A stretch of 64,000 nucleotides of DNA from Candidatus Sericytochromatia bacterium (GTDB lineage Bacteria; Cyanobacteriota; Sericytochromatia; S15B-MN24; UBA4093): NCBI GenBank assembly GCA_036676985.1, contig JAKFBU010000023.1, positions 128,001 to 192,000 on the forward strand, written 5' to 3'. The stretch's first letter is position 1. Each line of letters opens with the position of its first letter. A model generated the notes under the pieces. It worked only from the letters and a program-made list of their open reading frames with translations, did not search any database and was not told where the DNA came from. Positions 9,158 to 18,603 of the stretch are shown in pieces. Both the position numbers and the translations under genes were made by a program.

Positions 9158-10513
9158 CTAGCGCAGGGCCTTGACCTGGGCGGGCGTCACCGCGCCACCC
9201 TTGTTGCCCCAGCTCGTGCGCTCGTGGGTCACGATCGCCGCGATCTCCTCGTCCGTCAACTGGTTGAACGGAGGCATCGCGCCGTTGTACTGCTGACCCT
9301 TGACCGTCATGGGACCCGAGGCACCCTTCAGCACGATCTTGATGTGCGCGTCCGCCGGGCCGTTGACCTGCTCGGCGCCCGCCAGCGGCGGGAAGGTGCC
9401 GGCCAGACCCTCGCCGCCGGCCTGGTGGCATGCGGCGCAGTTGGCCTGGTACAGGGCCGCGCCGTCCACCTTCTTGGCGGCCGCGGGAGCGGCGGCGTGA
9501 GGCTCACCGTGACCCGCAGCAGCCGGAGCCTTGGCCTCGGCGGGCGGCAACTTGATGGGCACCGCCTTCACCTTGCTGTCATCCGCCATCATGCCGGCCG
9601 GAGCCGTGCGCTTCTGGAGGCTGAGCATGTAGGTGATGAGCGCGTCGAGATCCTGATCGTTCAGGGCGAACGCGGGCATGATCGAGCCCGACGACACGGC
9701 CGCAGGGTTCTTGAAGTGGTAGTAGTGCCAGGTCGCCACGTCACCGTGCATGTGCTTGGCTTCGTGCTTGAGCTCTTCGCCGAACTTGCCCGCCTCGAGG
9801 CTCTCCTTGAGCTGAGCGAAGCTGAACTGCTCGGGAACCTTGTCGCCCTCGAAGGTCAGCTCGGGCCCGATGGCGCCGCCCTGATCGCCGAACTTGTGGC
9901 AGCTGGCGCAGTTGTTCTGGCGGACGAGCTCCTCGCCGCGAGCGAGCATCGGAGCCCCGATGGCCGCCCACTTGGTGGGATCGGTGTGGCACTGGGCGCA
10001 AGAGGCCTGCGTGTACTTGGTCAGGTTCTTGCGATCGCCAAGCATCGGGTAGTCCCATTTGTGGACGAAGCCGTGGGCTCCCTCGGCGGTGGTGGCCATG
10101 CCCTGGCCGTGGTGGCACGAGGTACAACCGAAGCGCTCGACGGGGTGATTGACCGTGATGAGATCGAGGTCGGGGTGAGCCGTGAAGGGCTGCGCCTCGC
10201 CGGCGAAGGTCGAGTCATCGATGCCCTGGTGGCAGGTGGTGCAGCGATCGACCCGGCCGAGCTCGCTGGCCATGATCTGCTTGATGGCGAGGGGCATGGC
10301 CGCGTACGACCCGGGAGCCGGCTTGCCGCCGGACTGGGCCTCCAGGACGGCCTTCTCGTGGCGGGCTTCCATGATGTTCGCGTACTGGCGTTGCGTCTGC
10401 ATCCACTCGCGGTTGGTCTCGCGCCACGTAGCGACGCCGAACAGGATGACCAGCACGACCGCCAGGGTAGCGAACCAAGCCAGGACGCTGAAGTCCAGCT
10501 TCTTAGTGTTCAT
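9158..10513 (-). CDS. membrane-anchored pentaheme cytochrome c, complex III subunit
   Basis: five CxxCH motifs (CTTCH, CTSCH, CAQCH, CASCH, CAACH); N-terminal TM; follows the cytochrome b genes. Confidence 0.88.
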   Translation of the reverse strand: MNTKKLDFSVLAWFATLAVVLVILFGVATWRETNREWMQTQRQYANIMEARHEKAVLEAQSGGKPAPGSYAAMPLAIKQIMASELGRVDRCTTCHQGIDDSTFAGEAQPFTAHPDLDLITVNHPVERFGCTSCHHGQGMATTAEGAHGFVHKWDYPMLGDRKNLTKYTQASCAQCHTDPTKWAAIGAPMLARGEELVRQNNCASCHKFGDQGGAIGPELTFEGDKVPEQFSFAQLKESLEAGKFGEELKHEAKHMHGDVATWHYYHFKNPAAVSSGSIMPAFALNDQDLDALITYMLSLQKRTAPAGMMADDSKVKAVPIKLPPAEAKAPAAAGHGEPHAAAPAAAKKVDGAALYQANCAACHQAGGEGLAGTFPPLAGAEQVNGPADAHIKIVLKGASGPMTVKGQQYNGAMPPFNQLTDEEIAAIVTHERTSWGNKGGAVTPAQVKALR

Positions 10514-10555
10514 AAGAGGGTGCGATCCTTCTTGTGTAGTGTGGGGCCGGATGGA

Positions 10556-11071
10556 CTAGAAGACGGTGAAGATGCCGTCGCGCCAGGGCCAGGCCCACTC
10601 CCAACCCGGTCCGCGGAAGAACGTCCCGATGTAGGTGAGGACAGCGACGATCGAGACGAAGAAGTTCCACAGTCCGACCGCGAAGGGACGGTCCAGGATG
10701 TTCATCGAGGGGTTGCGATCGATGTAGGGGATGGCCATCAGACCCACGATGATCATGCCGGGAATGAACACGCCCGCCCAGTTGGGGGGGAAGTAGTGGA
10801 GCATCTCCTGGAGGTTCAGGAAGTACCAGGGAGCCTTGGCCGGGTTGGGCGTGAGGCTCGGGTTGGCGAGCTGCTCCAGGGGCGCGTTGAAGACCAGGGA
10901 CATCAGGACGATGCCGATGGTGACCGCGAGGGCCATGACCAGCTCGCGCATGAAGACGTGCGGCCAGGTGAAGACGAGCTGCTGGCCCTCCTTCTCCTTC
11001 TGGTAGCCGCGAACGCCGCGCACCACCGCGTAGAGGCCTTCGGAGTCGTTGGTTTGAGTGTTCTGTGCCAT
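10556..11071 (-). CDS. cytochrome b C-terminal part / subunit IV (PetD-like)
   Basis: TPNPAKAPWYF (PEWY-equivalent), IPYIDR, 3 TM helices. Confidence 0.88.
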   Translation of the reverse strand: MAQNTQTNDSEGLYAVVRGVRGYQKEKEGQQLVFTWPHVFMRELVMALAVTIGIVLMSLVFNAPLEQLANPSLTPNPAKAPWYFLNLQEMLHYFPPNWAGVFIPGMIIVGLMAIPYIDRNPSMNILDRPFAVGLWNFFVSIVAVLTYIGTFFRGPGWEWAWPWRDGIFTVF

Positions 11072-11086
11072 GTGTGAAGACTCTCC

Positions 11087-11836
11087 TTACAGCCGCAGAT
11101 CCGCCGAGACGGGCTCGTTGGGATCGCCGATGCCGCCGTCCTTGCGCACGCGCCAGAAGTGAACCGCCAAGAGGACGAGCACCGCGAGCGGAAGCACGAT
11201 GCAGTGCAGGACGTAGAAGCGGATGAGCGCGCCCTGTCCGACCAGGTTGCCGCCCAGGAGGGCGAACTTGATGTCGGGACCGACGAACGGCGCGTACTTG
11301 GCCATGTTGCTGCCGACCGTGATGGCCCACATGGCCAGCTGGTCCCAGGGCAAGAGGTAGCCCGTGAAGGACAGCAGCAGCGTGATGACGAACAGGAGCA
11401 CGCCGATCACCCAGTTGAACTCGCGCGGCGCCTTGTACGAACCCGCGTAGAACACCCGGCACATGTGCAGGAAGACGAACAGCACCATCATGTGGGCGGA
11501 CCACCGGTGCATGTTGCGGATGAGGACGCCGAACGAGACGGCGAACTCGAGGTCCTTCATGTTCTCGTAGGCGAGGCCGGTCGACGGGATGTAGTAGAAC
11601 ATCAGGGCGATGCCCGTAATCGACAGCAGGAAGAACAGCATCAGCGAGATGCCGCCCAGCCAGAAGGTCGTGTTGAAGCGCATGCTGCGGACCTTCGACT
11701 TGACGGAGTGAAGGTGCAGGAAGACGTTGGTGAAGGTCACCATCGACTGCGTCTTCGGGTTGTTCGGCATGCCGTGGCGGAAGATGGACCGCCAGAGCTT
11801 GCTGCGGAAGAACTTTTGGGAGAGATCGTTGATCAC
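11087..11836 (-). CDS. cytochrome b N-terminal part (cytochrome b6-like)
   Basis: [40 protein letters not shown]. Confidence 0.93.
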   Translation of the reverse strand: MINDLSQKFFRSKLWRSIFRHGMPNNPKTQSMVTFTNVFLHLHSVKSKVRSMRFNTTFWLGGISLMLFFLLSITGIALMFYYIPSTGLAYENMKDLEFAVSFGVLIRNMHRWSAHMMVLFVFLHMCRVFYAGSYKAPREFNWVIGVLLFVITLLLSFTGYLLPWDQLAMWAITVGSNMAKYAPFVGPDIKFALLGGNLVGQGALIRFYVLHCIVLPLAVLVLLAVHFWRVRKDGGIGDPNEPVSADLRL

Positions 11837-11880
11837 GGAGAGTGCTCCTACGTTAGCCGCTAGTGCTCAGGACGGGAGCC

Positions 11881-12363
11881 CTAAGCCTTGTAAAACTCGG
11901 AGGCGTCGATGACCTTGCTGAGGTCGACGACCATCTGGCCGTCACGAGCCAGCTCGATGGAGAAGTGCTCCAGGGTGCGCGGGGCGGGACCGGCGATGAC
12001 CTTGCCGTCGGGCTCGTAGACCGAGCCGTGGCAGGGGCAGTGGAAGGTGGTGCCCGTCCAGTTCACCGTGCAGCCGAGGTGCGTGCAGACCGCCGAGATT
12101 GCCTGGAACCCTTCCGGCACGCGGCGGATGAAGACCTTCTTGTCGGCGATGAACGTGACCGTCCCCGCGCCGAAGCGATCGGGGCCCCCGATCTTGAGCC
12201 GGTTGGAGGGCTCATAGAGCACGTTGGGGAACATGTAGCGGATGCCCCCGATGGCGACCGCGCCCAGCGTGGCGGTCAGCGCCCCGAAACCAACGGCGCC
12301 CAAAAAGGCGCGACGGGTCATGTCCTCTTGCTCGCCTGCCGGATGTCCTCCGGGGTTAGACAT
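11881..12363 (-). CDS. Rieske 2Fe-2S subunit
   Basis: Tat motif TRRAFL, CTHLGC and CPCHGS boxes, GPAPR. Confidence 0.95.
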   Translation of the reverse strand: MSNPGGHPAGEQEDMTRRAFLGAVGFGALTATLGAVAIGGIRYMFPNVLYEPSNRLKIGGPDRFGAGTVTFIADKKVFIRRVPEGFQAISAVCTHLGCTVNWTGTTFHCPCHGSVYEPDGKVIAGPAPRTLEHFSIELARDGQMVVDLSKVIDASEFYKA

Positions 12364-12572
12364 GTCTAGTCCTCCTGCAGCAAATGAATGTTCGGACGCC
12401 CACAGGGTCGGCGACTAGGTCGCCGGCCCCGCGAGCAAAGCAACGAATGTTGTCCTGAGCCTGGCAAGCGCCCATGCTCTCGAATACCCACCCATTAAAC
12501 CATAGATTACCCGCCTCACATACACCACTTAACGAATGTTTGCGCGGTTGTATGAGGGGCGGCCGACCTCGA

Positions 12573-12908
12573 TCAGCGTCGGTTCGCGGATCGATCGGTC
12601 AAGAGGTAGGTCGCGATCGCCTCGGCTTCTGCCTTGGTCAGCCCAATGGAGGGCATGGAGATGCCCGGCTTCATCGCCTGAGGGGCCCTGATAAAGGCGG
12701 CCAGCTCGGCCCGCTCACGAGCGGGCTTGGCCTTGTAGAGCTTGCTGAGGTCGGGACCCTGGGTCCCATCCGCCTCGGGGTGTCCCTTGAGGATATGGCA
12801 GCCGACGCAGCCCTTGCGGGTGAAGAGACGTTCGCCCTCCGTCGCGGCCAAGGCAGGACCTGCCAACAGCAGCACCAACACCGATATCGTGAGCCCCCCA
12901 CGCAGCAT
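12573..12908 (-). CDS. exported monoheme cytochrome c (111 aa)
   Basis: AAGGAGG RBS, signal peptide MLRGG...PALA, CVGCH, GPDLS, SMP axial Met; only the C-terminal part of the 499-aa ORF. Confidence 0.88.
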   Translation of the reverse strand: MLRGGLTISVLVLLLAGPALAATEGERLFTRKGCVGCHILKGHPEADGTQGPDLSKLYKAKPARERAELAAFIRAPQAMKPGISMPSIGLTKAEAEAIATYLLTDRSANRR

Positions 12909-13033
12909 GGAGCCTCCTTCCAATAGGAAACGCCGTGGGCTCAAAACCCTTCCATCTTCGACAATGGCACGGCTGCTTTTCAATCCGTAGTTTACCCCGA
13001 TTACAGGCAAGCGTAGCGCCTGGGCGCCCGGCT

Positions 13034-14215
13034 TTACGACACGTGCACCTTGGGCAGGCGCCGTCCCAGGCCGCAGATGACCTCGTAGGGGATGCTGCCC
13101 GCGGCCTCGGCCCACTCTTCCACCCCGATGAAGTCGCCGCCCTGCGCGCCCATGAGCACCGCCTCGGCGCCGACGCCGGCCTCGGCCTCGGTGACGTCCA
13201 CGGTGCACTGGTCCATGGAGACGTTGCCCACGATGGGGCAGCGCACGCCGTTGATGAGGACCGACTGGCGGTTGGAGAGGGCGCGGGGCAGGCCGTCGGC
13301 GTAGCCCACGGGCAGGATGGCGAGCCGGCTGGGCCGCTGGGTCACGAAGGTCCCGCCGTAGCCGACGGGCACGCCCGCCTCCACGGTGCGGACCTGGGTC
13401 AGGCGGGCCGTGAGGCTCATGGCACGGCGCAGCGGGACGGGCAACTCGGCGTCGGGACGCGGCGGGATGCCGTAGATGAGCAGGCCGGGACGCACCATGC
13501 TGTAGTGGGCTTCCGGGAAGAAGACAGTTCCCGCGCTGTTGGCGAGGTGGCGCAGGACGCTCGGGGGCACGCCGAGCTCGGACTCGAGCTCGGCGTAGCG
13601 GGCGATCTGCATCCGGGCGTAGGTGGGATCGACGGCCTCGGCCGTCGCGAGGTGGCTCTCGAGGCCCATGAGCTCGAGGTGCGGATCGTCGAGTGCCAGC
13701 TTGGCGAGTGCCCGGGCCTCCTCGAAAGGGGCGCCCACGCGGGTCATGCCGGTGTCGACCTTGAGGTGGACCTTGGCCTTGACGCCGAGCGACCGGGCCG
13801 CGGCCGCGATCTGGACCAGGGCCTCCTCGGACCCCACGGTGATCTGGAGATCCGCCCCGATGGCCGCAGGAAGGGCGGCGGGTGCCAAGAGGCCCAGGAG
13901 CAGGATGGGCTGGGTGAAGCCCAGGGCGCGCATCTTGAGGCCCTCGGCGACGGTCGCGACCCCGAGCCAGTCGGCTCCGGCCTGGAGGGCCGTCTGCGCG
14001 ACCTCCATGGCGCCGTGTCCGTAGCCGTCCGCTTTGACGACGGCCATCAGGTGAGTGTGAGGCGGCAGCCACTCGCGCAGCGCGCGCACGTTGGCCGCGA
14101 TGGCGCCCAGATCGATCTGGATCCAGGCGCCGCGCATGGCGGCGATGGCAGTCTCGACCTCGGTCAGGGGGTAGGCGGCAAGGGTCTGGGGATCGATCAC
14201 GGAATAGGCCTGCAA
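13034..14215 (-). CDS. alr: alanine racemase
   Basis: AVVKADGYGHG PLP lysine motif, HLKVDTGMTR, VGYADG, SMDQ. Confidence 0.95.
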   Translation of the reverse strand: MQAYSVIDPQTLAAYPLTEVETAIAAMRGAWIQIDLGAIAANVRALREWLPPHTHLMAVVKADGYGHGAMEVAQTALQAGADWLGVATVAEGLKMRALGFTQPILLLGLLAPAALPAAIGADLQITVGSEEALVQIAAAARSLGVKAKVHLKVDTGMTRVGAPFEEARALAKLALDDPHLELMGLESHLATAEAVDPTYARMQIARYAELESELGVPPSVLRHLANSAGTVFFPEAHYSMVRPGLLIYGIPPRPDAELPVPLRRAMSLTARLTQVRTVEAGVPVGYGGTFVTQRPSRLAILPVGYADGLPRALSNRQSVLINGVRCPIVGNVSMDQCTVDVTEAEAGVGAEAVLMGAQGGDFIGVEEWAEAAGSIPYEVICGLGRRLPKVHVS

Positions 14216-14401
14216 AAGCGCGTCAACGCTTCAATTATAGCCCTGAGAGGCTTGCAGCCACAAGGAGCCGTCCCAGAACGGCCTCTCGTTAAACGATGTT
14301 TCCCCCAACCTTAGTCGTCCGTTAAGAAAGAGTTCCCGGACTGGACGCGACAACTCCCGTAACCTATTCGGAGGCTCCCGTACTCCCCAAGAGGACGACC
14401 G

Positions 14402-15217
14402 ATGCAGACGTGCTACAACCACCCAAAGCTCCAGGCCGTGGCGCATTGCCGACGATGCAAGCTCCCGACTTGCTGCCACTGCGTCGAGGACCTCTATTGT
14501 CCGGATTGCATCAAGCTACAGCGCTACCTGGCGCTGGGTCGGACGAGCGATCGCAAGCCCCAGCTCATCGAGACGCCCAAGCGCCGATCCGTGACCATGG
14601 AGCTGATGATCCAGCGCCTGCAGCGGCAAGCGTTCGACGCGGATGCCGCCTCCTTGAACCCGCCCCGCCGCTCGACCCCGCGTCGGACCAAGCCCGCCGT
14701 GAAGAGCCGCCAGGGTCTGAGCTACGGCCTCCTGATGCCGGGCATCGCCCCGCTGGTCAAGGTTTCCCGCTCCCCCATCAGCCGCTTCGCGGCCCTCGCC
14801 CTGGTGGCCTTCAGCCTCGGCGCCTTCTTCAGCCAGACCCGCACCACCTATGCCGAACCCGCTCCCCCCGCGGAGGAGGTGGCCTACGAGGAAACGGCCG
14901 CCGAACCGGCGCCCACTCCGGTGGAGGTGCGCACGCATTACAAGCCGGTCTACATCTACGTCAACACGCCCCAGGCGGCTCCGCCCACCTACCGCATCCC
15001 GACGCCCGCCCCGACGGTCGTGCCCCGGGCGTTGATCGGGTATGCCCCGGCGATCGCTCCCGCCAAGCCCGCCGCAGCTCCGCCCGCAGCGGCACCGGCG
15101 ACCGCTCCGGCCGAGGACGAACCCGAGCTGGACCAGGCGCTGGCGTCCTTTCGCTCCAGCCAGCATGCGGACGGCACCATGATCCTCGAGGAGACGCCCC
15201 CCGAAACCGCTAACTAG
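14402..15217 (+). CDS. hypothetical protein: B-box-like zinc finger, one TM helix, Pro/Ala-rich tail
   Basis: CYNHP...CRRC...CCHC...CPDC; GAGG RBS. Confidence 0.7.
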   Translation: MQTCYNHPKLQAVAHCRRCKLPTCCHCVEDLYCPDCIKLQRYLALGRTSDRKPQLIETPKRRSVTMELMIQRLQRQAFDADAASLNPPRRSTPRRTKPAVKSRQGLSYGLLMPGIAPLVKVSRSPISRFAALALVAFSLGAFFSQTRTTYAEPAPPAEEVAYEETAAEPAPTPVEVRTHYKPVYIYVNTPQAAPPTYRIPTPAPTVVPRALIGYAPAIAPAKPAAAPPAAAPATAPAEDEPELDQALASFRSSQHADGTMILEETPPETAN

Positions 15218-15237
15218 GCGCTACCGACTGATCCCAA

Positions 15238-15283
15238 GGCCCTAGAGGCCGATCGCTTCATCGAGCGATCGGCCTCTAGGGCC
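15238..15283. terminator. hairpin
   Basis: GGCCCTAGAGGCCGATCGCT-loop-AGCGATCGGCCTCTAGGGCC. Confidence 0.6.
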
Positions 15284-15441
15284 GTCTCATGGTCTGACGG
15301 GTCCCAGCCGGCGACACCGAAGCCCGGGCGAATCCGTCGAAGATTTGTTGCCGCGCGGCGCCGCCTGGGAGATCGGTCACAGAACGCACGGTCATCCTCC
15401 CTTAGGCTCGAGACTGGATCCCCATGACCAGGAGAAGGCCC

Positions 15442-15795
15442 ATGAGTGCCCGTGATCACCTTGCGCACCAAGCGCTCAAACAGGTTCAGGAGCTGCAGCA
15501 GCAGGGCCGGTCGTTCGAGAGCATCGCGGCCGTTCTGACGGCCTTTCCCCTCAAGGCGCCCGCACCGGAAGAGCAGGCCGCCGAGATCGCCCGGCTCAAT
15601 CGCGAACTCGCGGCCGAGCGGGCGGCTCGCGTGGCCGCCGAGGCCGTGCTGGCCGATCGCTGCCGCGAGCTGATGGAGCTGCGCGAGGCCCATGACCTCG
15701 CCAACGCCACCGTCCGTGCCCTGGAATCCCGCCTGAGTGCCCTGCGCCCCGACCCCAAGCATGCGGCCGCCAAGAAGGGCTGGTGGGGGCGCTAG
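15442..15795 (+). CDS. coiled-coil hypothetical protein with basic/aromatic C-terminus
   Basis: AGGAG RBS, heptad-like helix, ends KKGWWGR. Confidence 0.6.
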   Translation: MSARDHLAHQALKQVQELQQQGRSFESIAAVLTAFPLKAPAPEEQAAEIARLNRELAAERAARVAAEAVLADRCRELMELREAHDLANATVRALESRLSALRPDPKHAAAKKGWWGR

Positions 15796-15867
15796 CCGGG
15801 CGACCGGTCGTTTCCTTGCCAAATCCGGGTATAGCCATGGGAGGACCCTTGCTCGAGAGGCCTCGCC

Positions 15868-17313
15868 ATGCAACCCGTGCAACGTAACGCGGCGATTCCC
15901 GTTCCCCCGGCTCCGACCGCCCGTCCGCAGGCCCCTGCGACCGAGACGCCCCGTCCGACCCTGACCGGGGATCTGCTCCAGACGAGCCCCAAGCCCATCG
16001 TCACGCAGTGGAAGCTGCCCGCCGAGGTCAAGGACGCCGGCCCCGAGATCCGCCGCCACCTCGCCGAGCACCTGCGCGGAGACGCGGAGCTCGCGCGCCT
16101 CGAGCGGCGCTTCGCCGCGGGGCAGATCGACGAGCCCACCTACCGGGTGCTACGGGCCGAGCGCATCGAGCGAGCCAAGACGAGCACCCTGCACGAGTAC
16201 CACGCAGCCGCCGCCCGGCAGGAGGGCGTCTCGAGCGCCGTGTTCCAGGTGCGGCACCACCGCGACCTCAACCTGATGTACCACTCGGAGCTCGGCCACC
16301 TGGACCAGCGCCTGCTGGAGGACGTCCGCTGGCAGGTCTTCGGGCGCTACCAGGAACTCTGCGACCAGGATCCTGCCTTGCGATCGCTCAAGGCCGAGCG
16401 CGAACGCCGGGCCGCCCAGCTGCCGCCCGGAGCTGCGGCGGACAAGGACGCCAACGTGGGCGAACTCAACGGCCGCCTGCACCGCCGCGAGAACGAGCTC
16501 CGCGTCCGGGCGCAGGGCGACTGGCTCGAGGGCCTCGACTCCCGCGTGGAGCTCGACGCTCCCACCCGCCAGGGCATCCGGGACTTCGTCGCCAATACCC
16601 ACGCGGGCACCCTCGGCTCGGGGATCTGGACCGGGCCTCTCGCCCAGGTCATCGCGACGGTCTCCCACCGCCCGGGCGAGCAGGACGCGACGCATGCCTT
16701 CGTGGGGGTGGCGGACGGCCTGTTCTACGAGGCCGTGACCTCTCCTCCTCCCGACAAGGCCAACGGCGTGAAGCCCACCACGGCCGTCGAGATGTTCGCC
16801 ATGTTCCACGGGCGGGTGAGGACCCAGGAGATCCCCGGGGGTCTGAGTAAGGAGCAGCAGGCCACCCTCTACGACTTCTCCGTCTCCAAGCAGGGGCTGC
16901 CCTACAACGTGCTGGGCCTGGTCGGCGGCATTGCCGGCGTGGGCAAGACCGCCGCTGAGGACGCGAGCTATTACTGCGCCGAGTTCGTGGCGCGGGCGCT
17001 CAACGCCGCGGGCCTGGATATCTGGACCAAGTCCGGCAATACCCAGGTCGACCACGCCAACCCCGAGTCCCGCTGGGGCGAGATGGAGCGGCGGTTGCCC
17101 CCGGCGCTCTCCATGCCCATGCGCGCGGCCCGGGCCCTGCCCTACACCGTGGCGCGCGCCGTCTCGTCGCGGCTCGCCGAGCGCATGGGGTCCTTCGGGC
17201 TCACGCCCGACGACGTCATCGGCAACCCGCGCATCTCCCCCCAGAAGCTCATCAACGGCAAGATCAACGGCCGCACGCTCGAGACGACCTTCGACCGCTC
17301 CCAGGCCAGGTAG
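15868..17313 (+). CDS. hypothetical protein with C-terminal permuted papain-like (YiiX/YebB, NlpC/P60-like) domain
   Basis: THAFVG...FYEA...GLPYN...YYCAEFV: His precedes the catalytic Cys. Confidence 0.7.
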   Translation: MQPVQRNAAIPVPPAPTARPQAPATETPRPTLTGDLLQTSPKPIVTQWKLPAEVKDAGPEIRRHLAEHLRGDAELARLERRFAAGQIDEPTYRVLRAERIERAKTSTLHEYHAAAARQEGVSSAVFQVRHHRDLNLMYHSELGHLDQRLLEDVRWQVFGRYQELCDQDPALRSLKAERERRAAQLPPGAAADKDANVGELNGRLHRRENELRVRAQGDWLEGLDSRVELDAPTRQGIRDFVANTHAGTLGSGIWTGPLAQVIATVSHRPGEQDATHAFVGVADGLFYEAVTSPPPDKANGVKPTTAVEMFAMFHGRVRTQEIPGGLSKEQQATLYDFSVSKQGLPYNVLGLVGGIAGVGKTAAEDASYYCAEFVARALNAAGLDIWTKSGNTQVDHANPESRWGEMERRLPPALSMPMRAARALPYTVARAVSSRLAERMGSFGLTPDDVIGNPRISPQKLINGKINGRTLETTFDRSQAR

Positions 17314-17364
17314 AGCCCGGGGCGGACGGGGTATACCTGCGGGGGTGCCCCCCGGAGGTTACGC

Positions 17365-18237
17365 ATGCCCCTCCCCACTGACATCAAGCTGCCGAAGAGC
17401 GCCTCCGTCGACCTGGTGCGCGAGGCCCTCGTCCGCCGTCGCATGAGCCAGAAGGACCTCGCGCGGGGCTGTGGCCTCAAGCGCGAAGACCTGGCCCGCA
17501 TCCTCGCCGGCAAGGTTCCTTTTCCCCGCAATCGGGCACTCTTGGGCGCGATCGCGCAGACCCTCGGCTTGGACCCCGCGGAGTTCGCCGAGTACCGTCC
17601 GCACCTCGCGGTCCTGCCCGAGTCCACCCGTCGCCTGCTGGACCACCTCAAGGCCAACGGGCTCACGACCGAGGACCTGCGATCGCGCCTGCAGCGCATG
17701 GAGCCAAACCACCTGGAGCTCGTCCTGCGGGGCGGGGCGCCCTTTCCGCGCGATCCCCGGCTCATCGAGGACCTGGCGCGGGCGGCCGGTGCCTCGCCCT
17801 ACCTGTTCCCCGAGTACCTGCCCCTCTCGGAGCTGAATGAGCGCCTGATCGGCGCGGCGACGATCGCCCTCGGCCCCAAGGATCGCGCCACGTTCGAGCG
17901 ATTGCTCGGAACGATCGCCGCCCACCTGGACGGCCTCGACGAGTCCGGCTTCGAGGAGGCCGTCGTCCGGCGGATGGTCGAGCGGGCCCAGGGCGGTGCG
18001 ACCGGCTCCGCGTTTCCCGAGGATACGTTGCTCGCCTTCCTCCCGCGCTGGGAGGATCTGCAGGACGAGGTGCGGAAGTTCCTCGTGCGCATGACCGAGC
18101 GAGGCTGGACCGTGCAGGAGCTCGCCCGACGCTCGGGACTCGATGCGGAGGAGGTCTTCGCCTACGCCAAGGGCCAGTTGAGCCTCAAGGACCCCACGAT
18201 CCTCGAGCGGCTCTCGCGGACCCTCGAACAGGAGTAG
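17365..18237 (+). CDS. protein with three tandem XRE-like HTH domains
   Basis: MSQKDLARGCGL, LTTEDLRSRL, WTVQELARRSGL; repeated PFPR and EY. Confidence 0.75.
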   Translation: MPLPTDIKLPKSASVDLVREALVRRRMSQKDLARGCGLKREDLARILAGKVPFPRNRALLGAIAQTLGLDPAEFAEYRPHLAVLPESTRRLLDHLKANGLTTEDLRSRLQRMEPNHLELVLRGGAPFPRDPRLIEDLARAAGASPYLFPEYLPLSELNERLIGAATIALGPKDRATFERLLGTIAAHLDGLDESGFEEAVVRRMVERAQGGATGSAFPEDTLLAFLPRWEDLQDEVRKFLVRMTERGWTVQELARRSGLDAEEVFAYAKGQLSLKDPTILERLSRTLEQE

Positions 18238-18240
18238 GCC

Positions 18241-18603
18241 ATGGCCACCATCCTCATCGCGGACGACGACAAGCACCTGGGAAAGGTGCTCGCACGGGCG
18301 CTCAAGGCCGAGGGCCATGAGGCGATACTCGCCCTCAACGGGCCCGAGGCCCTGGAGCTTGCGACCTCCCGGTCGCCCGATCTCGTCATCCTGGACGTCG
18401 CCTTGCCCCTCATGACCGGAGATCAGGTGGCGCTCGGCATGCGGGCCGTCCCGGCCCTCGCTCGGGTCCCGGTGCTGTTCATCTCGGGGCGCGATCGCGA
18501 GCGGCTAGAGCCCGTGCTGGACTCACTGGGGCCTTGCGGGTTCCTCCCCAAGCCGGTGGACCTCGACGCGGTGCTCGGCGCCGTCAAGAGCCGCCTCGGC
18601 TGA
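18241..18603 (+). CDS. single-domain response regulator
   Basis: IADDD, LVILDVALP, FISG, KP. Confidence 0.9.
   Translation: MATILIADDDKHLGKVLARALKAEGHEAILALNGPEALELATSRSPDLVILDVALPLMTGDQVALGMRAVPALARVPVLFISGRDRERLEPVLDSLGPCGFLPKPVDLDAVLGAVKSRLG

Noticed and set aside
12495-12532. TTAA pair upstream of the Rieske gene as part of the 11-bp array set
   Set aside because: Spacing is 34 bp, out of phase, and the intermediate half-sites are poor
12909-14072. Long N-terminal extension of the monoheme cytochrome c
   Set aside because: Overlaps alr in another frame; RBS and signal peptide support a start at 12908
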